A stretch of DNA of 64,000 nucleotides from Thermodesulfobacteriota bacterium. GTDB lineage: Bacteria > Desulfobacterota > Desulfobacteria > Desulfobacterales > SURF-7. The position numbers and the translations under genes are program-made. A model generated the notes under the pieces. That model saw nothing but the letters and a program-made list of their open reading frames with translations, was not told the origin of the DNA and did no database searches. Location: positions 146,622 through 210,621 of the forward strand of contig JBMORA010000001.1 in assembly GCA_049320885.1 (NCBI GenBank). The letters are read 5' to 3'. This document shows, in pieces, positions 1 through 7,585 of this stretch. Position 1 is the first letter of the stretch, and every line of letters starts with the position of its first letter.

Positions 1-89
1 TTCACGACAAATTAATCTGGTCATTGATGATGTTTCAAGTCTGGTATGAAACCTATATCGAAAATGATTATCCGGTTCACTCTGTCTGA
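1..89 (+). CDS. 3' end of a gene truncated by the window edge, likely an asparagine synthase (glutamine-hydrolysing)-type amidotransferase of the EPS cluster
   Basis: Reading from base 3 gives HDKLIWSLMMFQVWYETYIENDYPVHSV*, resembling the LWxLxMFxxW C-terminus of AsnB-type enzymes; not in the ORF track. Confidence 0.5.
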   Translation, partial: HDKLIWSLMMFQVWYETYIENDYPVHSV

Positions 90-146
90 AAAATCCACTT
101 TCCCATTCTTACAAGATGGGGTATATCTAAAAAACGGCATGTTCTC

Positions 147-1079
147 ATGACTCCAGTGACGATTTCCATATTAACGTACAATCGAAGTTCTCTGCTGAAA
201 ATACTCGTAACGGATCTGACCGCGCTCTCCTATCAGCCCCTTGAAATTATCGTTGTCGACAACCATTCTGAGGATGCCACGGAGCAGATCATGCGCACGG
301 AATTCCCCGATGTGATTTATGAACGTACGGAAACGAATTTGGGGGCCGGGGCAAGAAACATTGGAATGAAGCGGGCAAGGGGCGATATCGTCATTACACT
401 GGATGATGACGTTCGCGGTGTTACTGACACGGCAATTTGTGAAATCGTCCGATTGTTTCAAGGCCGCAACCGATTGGCTGCCGTTAATTTTAAGGTATTG
501 GACCATCAAACCGGCGAAATCTGCAATTGGGTGCACCATTGCCTTCCAGAGGGATTCTGTGGGAGAGAATTCAACACCTACGAAATCACCGAGGGTGCTG
601 TGGCCTTCCGGAAAACCGCCTTGGAACGAGCCGGGTATTATCCTCAACATTTTTTTCTCAGCCATGAGGGGCCTGACTTGGCCATGCGGTTGCTTGATCA
701 CGGTTATGACGTTATCTACTCGCCGAATATCGAGGTGATTCATTGCCACTCCCAGCTGGGACGAAAAACATGGACCAATTATTATTATGACAATCGCAAT
801 TTATTGTGGCTGGCGGCTCGGAATTTTCCTTTATCCTATGCCATTGTTTATTTAATTCGTGGACTGGGGTCCATGCTGGTGTATTCCATCCGGGATGGGT
901 ATTTCATTTATTGGCTCAAAGGTCTTCGGGACGGCTTCAGAGGCATGGGAGAGGCGTTGAGGGAGCGACGGGTATTGCGGAAACGCACCATACGATTCCT
1001 TAAGGAAATTGACGAAAACAGGCCCGATATCCGCTATATGATTCGGAAACGTCTGTTAAAAAAAGGAATAAGGCTATAG
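147..1079 (+). CDS. glycosyltransferase family 2 protein
   Basis: N-terminal ISILTYNR, IIVVDNHSED, GARNIG and LDDD (DxD) motifs of the GT-A fold. Confidence 0.9.
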   Translation: MTPVTISILTYNRSSLLKILVTDLTALSYQPLEIIVVDNHSEDATEQIMRTEFPDVIYERTETNLGAGARNIGMKRARGDIVITLDDDVRGVTDTAICEIVRLFQGRNRLAAVNFKVLDHQTGEICNWVHHCLPEGFCGREFNTYEITEGAVAFRKTALERAGYYPQHFFLSHEGPDLAMRLLDHGYDVIYSPNIEVIHCHSQLGRKTWTNYYYDNRNLLWLAARNFPLSYAIVYLIRGLGSMLVYSIRDGYFIYWLKGLRDGFRGMGEALRERRVLRKRTIRFLKEIDENRPDIRYMIRKRLLKKGIRL

Positions 1080-1368
1080 AGTTATTAATGGCAATTCAAT
1101 CTTTCCCAAGGAACGGAAATTTCCATCTTGATCATAATGATGTTTGTAACCTTTTTTAGCCATAATGCAAAAAATGAAACATCGGTTCTACCGAGTATGA
1201 AGCCGACACCCTTTCTTTTCATCCTGCTTCTATGCTATGAAGGAATAATGCGATTGCCGTTGTCCTTGACGGATTATTGGGGAAACACACCAAGATCAAT
1301 AAATAATCAGGTCTTAATGGTTGGACTGAATCACATGCAAGATGAATCGAGGCCACGGTTATTATCGA

Positions 1369-1384
1369 TGGCACAATGCTTGCT
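1369..1384 (+). promoter_or_regulatory. sigma-54 (RpoN) -24/-12 promoter
   Basis: TGGCACAATGCTTGCT matches TGGCAC-N5-TTGCW exactly, about 60 bp before the ATG at 1444 (RBS AGAAGGAGG). Confidence 0.8.
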
Positions 1385-1443
1385 TTTATTATGGCAAACA
1401 AAGCATTTGTTGGATTTTTTTAATAGAGAAGGAGGCTACGGCT

Positions 1444-2508
1444 ATGTTTAGAAAAAGCTTATGCATGGGATTAATACTGTTATTGTCCATCCCCGCGGTG
1501 GTGTTTTCTGCGCCATCCATCACCAGTGTTACGGGTACAATCGCCAAAGACGAAATACTGACCATTACCGGGGCGGCTTTTGGTACAAAGGCGACTCCCA
1601 AACCATTCAAATGGGATAATTTTGAAAAAGGAACGCTCGGAGCAAAAGTCGGTGCCCCCAGTTCATTGAGCGCGAATACGACAAATTGGATTCTGAAATC
1701 TTCCGGAGTCGCCGGTCGCGAACCGGTTTACAACGGTACCCAACTACGAAAGAACAGCGCGCGTTCCTCATACCATAACATGTCGGTGCCTGACGAAAAT
1801 TGTTATGGCAGTGGTTTGGGTATCGACTTCGCATCCGAAGATTTTATTTATCTGACCTGGTGGGGATATTATGAAGAGACAGGCAATCCGACCGACAACT
1901 GGAAATACTTCCGGCATTACGGCCCGCCGGTACATGGAATTACGAAATTGACTAGTCCCGTCTATTACATGGAGGGAATTGTAACCGATTATGTTAACAA
2001 ATCCATACCCAACAAGCAATGGGTCAGAATAGAATGTGCCTATAAAGCAGGCCTGGACGGTGCCGCCAAATTCTGGCTTCACACCACTTCACCGGAATCA
2101 ATCATTTTAAACAGCGATATCAGTGGAGATTACTCCGGATCGTTCAAAGAGCTGCGGATCATGGATTATTACCGACGCATGGCCGCGGGCTCCACTGTCG
2201 TGGATCGAGGCCTAAATGCATGGCTTGACGATGTGTACGTCGATACCACCCAGGCGAGGGTGGAAGCGGGGAATATGGAAACCTGGTCCGGCTGTACTCA
2301 CCGTGAAATACAGATTCCCTCTAAATGGGAATCGAATTCCATTTCGATAACCTTCAATCAGGGTTCGTTCGATAACGGGAAAACGGTGTTTGTCTATGTG
2401 GTGGATGCCAATGGGAGCGTCAATACCCAGGGATATCCCGTAACCATCGGCGGTACTGCGGCAGCCACGGCTCCGCCGGCGACCACGTTAAGCATCTCGA
2501 CCAATTGA
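1444..2508 (+). CDS. secreted hypothetical protein; Ig/IPT-like N- and C-terminal segments flanking a beta-rich (lectin/lyase-like) core
   Basis: Start moved to ATG 1444 (strong RBS); Sec signal MFRKSLCMGLILLLSIPAVVFS; APSITSV..LTITGAAFG at the N-terminus and W..NSISIT..VYVVDANG at the C-terminus. Confidence 0.7.
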   Translation: MFRKSLCMGLILLLSIPAVVFSAPSITSVTGTIAKDEILTITGAAFGTKATPKPFKWDNFEKGTLGAKVGAPSSLSANTTNWILKSSGVAGREPVYNGTQLRKNSARSSYHNMSVPDENCYGSGLGIDFASEDFIYLTWWGYYEETGNPTDNWKYFRHYGPPVHGITKLTSPVYYMEGIVTDYVNKSIPNKQWVRIECAYKAGLDGAAKFWLHTTSPESIILNSDISGDYSGSFKELRIMDYYRRMAAGSTVVDRGLNAWLDDVYVDTTQARVEAGNMETWSGCTHREIQIPSKWESNSISITFNQGSFDNGKTVFVYVVDANGSVNTQGYPVTIGGTAAATAPPATTLSISTN

Positions 2509-2537
2509 TCGTACCCTCGATCATTTTCAGCCATCAC

Positions 2538-2577
2538 AAAAAAGCAGGATCGACATTCCGGTCCTGCTTTTTTTTTT
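2538..2577. terminator. bidirectional intrinsic terminator
   Basis: AAAAAAGCAGGATCG-acattc-CGGTCCTGCTTTTTTTTTT between convergent genes. Confidence 0.85.
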
Positions 2578-2579
2578 GT

Positions 2580-3665
2580 TCAGGGCGCCACAATATCCCA
2601 AATCCGTTTGGATGCCTTGCCGTCCCACTTCGGTGGCAGACGGCGGTCTTTCATATCACGGGTTTGGCTTTCTCGATAGGCTTTCAGAATTCCGTCCTTT
2701 GATGTTCCGGCAAGGATATTCGTTCCCTGTTCGATGGTGATGGGGCGTTCGGTATTGTCCCGGATGGTGACGCAGGGCACTCCCAGGGCAGTGGTCTCTT
2801 CCTGAAGACCTCCGCTGTCGGTGAGCACCACGGCCGCATCCTTCCACAGAAACAACGCTTCCCTGAAACCCAAGGGCGACAGCAGATGGATGCCCTCTGC
2901 GAATCGGATTCCAAACGTTTCTTTCATCTTGGCGGTTCGCGGATGGATCGGGAAAAGAATGGGTCTTTCCCCTGCAATCGTATTCAAGGCAGATGCGATT
3001 TCCATGAATTTTTCCCGATCATCCACATTGGAAGGCCGGTGGAGGGTCAGAAAAGCATAGCCGGGATTCTGTTTTTTCAGGGTGGCTGTTTCAAAGGTCC
3101 GTTCCGATTCCTGGTTCAGACGGGCATTCTGGTGGAGCAGGTTGTCCACCATGACGTTGCCCACAAAATGAATGCGGCTTTCGGATTTGCCTTCCCGGAC
3201 CAGGTTATTCCGGCCGCTCTCTTCCGTAACAAACAGAAAATCGGAAAGGACATCCGTGACCATGCGGTTGATTTCCTCCGGCATCTGCAGATCGAAACTT
3301 CTCAGGCCGGCCTCCACATGGGCCACCTGAATGCCCAGTTTCTTCGCCACCACGCTGCAGGCCAGGGTTGAATTCACATCCCCCACCACCATCACCAGAT
3401 CCGGCTTCTCCTGTTCGCACACTTTTTCAAATTCCACCATGATCCTGGCAGTCTGCACCGCATGGCTGCCGGATCCGGCATTCAGAAAATGGACCGGCTG
3501 GGGAAGCTCCAGATCGTTGAAAAAAGTCTGGGACATATCATAATCATAGTGCTGGCCGGTGTGCACAATTCTGCAATCCACCAAAGACCGGGCCTTCGAT
3601 TCCCGGTAAATCGGGGCGATTTTCATGAAATTCGGCCTGGCGCCGGCCACAAGCAGCACTTTCAT
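2580..3665 (-). CDS. wecB: UDP-N-acetylglucosamine 2-epimerase (non-hydrolysing)
   Basis: GARPNFMK, HTGQHYD, HVEAGLRS, PEEINR, TDSGGLQEE and RDNTERP motifs. Confidence 0.95.
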   Translation of the reverse strand: MKVLLVAGARPNFMKIAPIYRESKARSLVDCRIVHTGQHYDYDMSQTFFNDLELPQPVHFLNAGSGSHAVQTARIMVEFEKVCEQEKPDLVMVVGDVNSTLACSVVAKKLGIQVAHVEAGLRSFDLQMPEEINRMVTDVLSDFLFVTEESGRNNLVREGKSESRIHFVGNVMVDNLLHQNARLNQESERTFETATLKKQNPGYAFLTLHRPSNVDDREKFMEIASALNTIAGERPILFPIHPRTAKMKETFGIRFAEGIHLLSPLGFREALFLWKDAAVVLTDSGGLQEETTALGVPCVTIRDNTERPITIEQGTNILAGTSKDGILKAYRESQTRDMKDRRLPPKWDGKASKRIWDIVAP

Positions 3666-3784
3666 TCCGCATTTCCTTCTTTGTTGGTGTTATTTCTCCG
3701 ATTATACACTTTGCCTGTCTCCGCGAAGACCTGTACTATAGAATAAACAGGTGAAAAGTGCAGCAATAAAATGATCCGGCATTC

Positions 3785-4675
3785 ATGGAATTGAAACAAC
3801 GGCTTTTTTCGAAATCTACCACGCTCTATTGGGCAGGCCCATGTCTCCTGATACTGGCGGTGATGGCATACGGTTATTGGCTGGAGCCTTTCTGGATCAG
3901 GACGACCCATGTGACCATCCCCGATGCACGGTTGAGCCGTATCCTGAAGGACAAAACCGTCATTCAGTTGAGCGATCTGCATATCGAGGGAATCGGCCGG
4001 CGGGAAAAGGCGGTCCTGCGGATATTGCAGGACTTGCGGCCGGATATTCTCCTGCTGACCGGAGATTATGTCCCATGGAAGGGCGACTACCGGCCGGCCC
4101 TGGATTTTTTATCCAGGCTGCGCGCCGGCACCGGGATATGGGCGGTCATGGGAGACCACGATTACAGTAATGACCGGCAGTCCTGCCTGTTCTGCCATGA
4201 ACCGGGAACCGGGAATCCCACACGGCGTCATCCGGTACGGTTTCTGCGCAATTCCCATGATACCATCGCCATCAACGGTGCCACCCTCTGCCTGTATGGC
4301 ATGGATTCCGGCGACATGGATCAAATCACGGAAAAAGCAGGAGCGACATGGGTCGGTGACAACCACCCCCTTATCGGGTTGGCCCATGACCCCTTATTGT
4401 TCGACACCGTTCATGATGATTCCGATATGGTTCTTCTGGCTGGCGACACCCATGGCGGTCAGATCGGATTTCTGAATGGTCTCGCCGGGTTTCTTGGATA
4501 TGAAAAAAACGATCGTTATCATTACGGCCTGTTCCGCCATGGTAAAAAACAACTGTTCGTCAGCAGGGGAATCGGGACCAGCCATGTGCCGATCCGGTTG
4601 CTGTGCCGGCCGGAAATTGTCGTCTTGCATTTTGTCGATCCGGCGGAGCCCGGAACAACTCCAGGAGGCCGGTAA
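3785..4675 (+). CDS. membrane-anchored calcineurin-like metallophosphoesterase (YkuE/YaeI-like)
   Basis: N-terminal TM helix; SDLH, TGDY, GDHD, AHDP, GDTHGGQ, SRGIG and R..C.PEI motifs. Confidence 0.85.
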   Translation: MELKQRLFSKSTTLYWAGPCLLILAVMAYGYWLEPFWIRTTHVTIPDARLSRILKDKTVIQLSDLHIEGIGRREKAVLRILQDLRPDILLLTGDYVPWKGDYRPALDFLSRLRAGTGIWAVMGDHDYSNDRQSCLFCHEPGTGNPTRRHPVRFLRNSHDTIAINGATLCLYGMDSGDMDQITEKAGATWVGDNHPLIGLAHDPLLFDTVHDDSDMVLLAGDTHGGQIGFLNGLAGFLGYEKNDRYHYGLFRHGKKQLFVSRGIGTSHVPIRLLCRPEIVVLHFVDPAEPGTTPGGR

Positions 4676-5374
4676 ATGATCAAGGCACCTCACGCTGGAT
4701 ATGGAGCGGCCCATTCGTTCCTGCTGCTGCTGGCGCTGCTGATGTTGCGCGGCTGCGAACCCGGAATGGTGGACGATGCGGTGCTCAACGATTTCGAGTC
4801 GGACGCGGATCTGGACGCGGTGCGCTGGACTTGCGGCCGGCTGTACGCCCTTTCGGAAAACCATGCCACGTCCGGACAAAAATCCCTGGTCATGACCCTG
4901 TATCCGGCTGCCTATCCGGGACTGGCCCTGAGGCTGCGGCAAACCGACTGGCGGGGATTCACCCATCTATGCATGGATATCTTCAATCCCCAACCGGAGA
5001 CATTGTCCATCACGATCCGGGTGGATGACCGCGAGGAGTATCCGCCATATGCGGATCGCTTCAATCAGAGCTTCTCGATGGCACCGGGTAACAATCACCT
5101 GGAGATACCGTTGAACAGCCTGATCACCTCCGGCTCCCGGCGGCCCCTGGACCTGGAAAACATCCGGCGGTTTTTATTTTTCATGGTGGATACGAAACAG
5201 ATCTATCACTTCCATGTCGACAACATCCGTCTCGTGAATGTGCTATCCTTCAACACTGTTTCTCACTCAATCACATACCGGACGACGGTCCACGTCCCGT
5301 TGTCATACAACACCCTGCCGGCATACTGCTTTGCCAGTTCCTTCCTGGTTGCCTCGTCCAGTAGAAATACATAG
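4676..5374 (+). CDS. exported galactose-binding-like/carbohydrate-binding domain protein, possible lipoprotein
   Basis: Hydrophobic N-terminus ending LRGC; DFES, DWRGF..L..DIFNP and VDNIRL pattern of jelly-roll CBM-like domains; abuts the upstream gene. Confidence 0.6.
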   Translation: MIKAPHAGYGAAHSFLLLLALLMLRGCEPGMVDDAVLNDFESDADLDAVRWTCGRLYALSENHATSGQKSLVMTLYPAAYPGLALRLRQTDWRGFTHLCMDIFNPQPETLSITIRVDDREEYPPYADRFNQSFSMAPGNNHLEIPLNSLITSGSRRPLDLENIRRFLFFMVDTKQIYHFHVDNIRLVNVLSFNTVSHSITYRTTVHVPLSYNTLPAYCFASSFLVASSSRNT

Positions 5375-7356
5375 TTTCTCTTCATCAGGACATCCGGGAT
5401 CCGGTATCCCTGGTACACGGCTTCCACGGTCCTGACCCTTTCCTCGATCTCCGCCTTCCCCAGGTATTTGCCCACCTTGCCGAAACGATACCCCTCTAAA
5501 TAAACAGGCCGTTCCGCGAACGTACTGGTCTGGTAGGCCACGGGTCGGCCGTTTTTCAGCTGAATGAACGGCGTGACCACCATGGTGTCCCGGGGAGTGT
5601 TCTCGCGGATATATTGCAGGGCCGCGTAGAGTTTCGGGGTAATAGTCTGATGGGCTTTTCGATAGTCGGTTTTGGAAAATTTGGCATCCATGGCCTGCCC
5701 GATTCTGCCGTACATGAAAAAATTATACGCATAGTCCTTGCGCACCCAGTTCGGCAGGCTCACAAACGGCAACGCCAGGATCACCAGTGCCCCGACCAAT
5801 CCATACAGCCGGCCGTTTCGGTAATAATCGGCCAGCAGGAAAAACACGTTTTCCCTTGCCAGATAGGACACGAAAAACAGATCCAGCAGGAAAACCGCGC
5901 TGGTGATGAAATAGGCCGTATCCTGGGGCCCCAGTCGGATACTGTAGGTGATGGCCAGGGAGCCGAGGATAACAAAGAGAATTTTGGTGTGATTCTCCTC
6001 CATACCAGCGGTTTTCATCCAATAGGGCACCAGCAGGCGGTATGAAAAATACAGCAACAGATAGATGGGCAAAATGCAAATGGTAAATACGGCATGGGCC
6101 GGGAGTTGAAACGATTCCGGCACATATTTGTAAATCACGTCCAGAAACGGCCTGGAAAAGGCATTGCCGGTTACGTATGAAAGCGGAACCAACCAGGCGC
6201 CGGACTTGCCCGCCACCTTATCCACCAGCACCTGCCCCCGAACCGGCAGCCAGAAAAAAGCGCCGTAGGCCGCGGCGAACCCCGTGAGGCCGCCGCCGAT
6301 ATCGGCCAGGTCCCGCCCATTGAACCGCTTCCGGGCAACCTGAAAAACTCCCCAGAAAAGCATACCGGCTGCAAGCGAGGCGCCGATGGAGCCTTTTGCC
6401 GCCGTGGCCAGAAAAAAGCCTGTCAGATAGACCAGGAGGCTGCCGGTTTTGGTATAGCGACCGCTATGGATCATCAGATGGATCACCGTAAAAAGCAGGA
6501 TAATCCCCATGAAATTGGTATTGCTGTTCAGATAGGAGTTGACCTTGACCTCATGAACCAGGGAGAAGCCCCCGCCGAAAAGCAGCACCGCCAGGCCATA
6601 AAATAGATAGGCCCGTTTACCCTTGACGAATTGTTGGAGAAGAAGCGCCATGTTCAGGATCAGAAACGGCACCAGCGGCACGAAACCATATTGCAGGCCC
6701 ACCATATGAGGGACCAGTCCGGTCACAAGCGCCAGGTGCGCGCCGAGAATGTGCACCAGGATATGATAGCCGACACCGGGACGACTCTCCACGTTCAGGG
6801 ACTTGAGGGGAAAGTCCGACACCAGGGAGACCGTATGCCCCGCATTCCAGACATGATCATGGAAAATATCCAGGGGCAGCAGGCCGGGCGTTGCCCTGGA
6901 CAGAAAAAACAGCCCGTTGAGAATCAGAACGAACAAGAGAAAAACCGCAAGGGTCCAGCCGGACAAAGCCGCGGCGGCGCGGAAATGGTATCCCGCGGCA
7001 TCCCGGAAAAGGTTCCTGAACGGCCCGGCTAAAAATGCAAGCATTGGCCAGACAACCCCGTAATAAAAACCAGGGAGTCCCGTCAACTGGCCGGCAAGAT
7101 AGGAGGCGCATACATTGGCCAGGCCGAAGATGGTCGCCAGGGGAAGGAGGGTGTCCCAGGCCGGTTGATGCGTGAAATCCCGCTGGAAAAACCGCAAAAA
7201 AACCAGGGCCATGATATATCCCGGCAGGAGCACTGCGACGAAAAAATGGCCCAGGGCCAGAAACACGCCGTCCAAACCGATGGCAAACAGATAAAAGAAC
7301 GCCAGGTTGGCGGCCAGCAACCCAATGGAAACCCCGATGGCAAGAGCTCTCATCAT
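5263..7356 (-). CDS. polytopic inner-membrane protein, possible GT-C-fold glycosyltransferase
   Basis: Start moved to ATG 7356 (RBS AGGAG); more than a dozen hydrophobic segments, an acidic/His loop (FHDHVWN..YHILVH) and a soluble C-terminal domain. Confidence 0.6.
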   Translation of the reverse strand: MMRALAIGVSIGLLAANLAFFYLFAIGLDGVFLALGHFFVAVLLPGYIMALVFLRFFQRDFTHQPAWDTLLPLATIFGLANVCASYLAGQLTGLPGFYYGVVWPMLAFLAGPFRNLFRDAAGYHFRAAAALSGWTLAVFLLFVLILNGLFFLSRATPGLLPLDIFHDHVWNAGHTVSLVSDFPLKSLNVESRPGVGYHILVHILGAHLALVTGLVPHMVGLQYGFVPLVPFLILNMALLLQQFVKGKRAYLFYGLAVLLFGGGFSLVHEVKVNSYLNSNTNFMGIILLFTVIHLMIHSGRYTKTGSLLVYLTGFFLATAAKGSIGASLAAGMLFWGVFQVARKRFNGRDLADIGGGLTGFAAAYGAFFWLPVRGQVLVDKVAGKSGAWLVPLSYVTGNAFSRPFLDVIYKYVPESFQLPAHAVFTICILPIYLLLYFSYRLLVPYWMKTAGMEENHTKILFVILGSLAITYSIRLGPQDTAYFITSAVFLLDLFFVSYLARENVFFLLADYYRNGRLYGLVGALVILALPFVSLPNWVRKDYAYNFFMYGRIGQAMDAKFSKTDYRKAHQTITPKLYAALQYIRENTPRDTMVVTPFIQLKNGRPVAYQTSTFAERPVYLEGYRFGKVGKYLGKAEIEERVRTVEAVYQGYRIPDVLMKRNYVFLLDEATRKELAKQYAGRVLYDNGTWTVVRYVIE

Positions 7357-7450
7357 GACTCCTTTTGTTCTGGTCTCCCGCCTTGGCGGAAGCAACGGAA
7401 GAAGGACCTGTCGGCGTGTCACTCTATAGAAGGAACGGGATTGTTATATT

Positions 7451-7490
7451 CCGACTTCTGATTCCTGTCTACTGACTTCTATGAAGTCAG
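7451..7490. repeat. degenerate 7-bp tandem repeat with a small inverted repeat
   Basis: CCGACTT CTGATTC CTGTCTA CTGACTT, overlapping CTGACTTC-tat-GAAGTCAG. Confidence 0.55.
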
Positions 7491-7539
7491 CAAAGTTTTC
7501 TTGTGGATGGATATTTGGGGGGTTGACGGACAGGAGAAT

Positions 7540-7576
7540 CGTGTTCCCCGTGCGCCATCGGCGCACAGGGAACACG
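7540..7576 (-). terminator. GC-rich hairpin just after the stop of paralog 1
   Basis: CGTGTTCCCCGTGCGCC-atc-GGCGCACAGGGAACACG; homologous hairpin at 10190-10227; no clear U-tract. Confidence 0.6.
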
Positions 7577-7585
7577 GATGGAACG

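Noticed and set aside
1342..1443. Longer ORF-track starts (also 9892, 13328, 17050, 18678, 19981, 33835, 48312, 55327)
   Set aside because: They run through promoters or neighbouring genes; downstream ATGs have an RBS, signal peptides or family-typical N-termini
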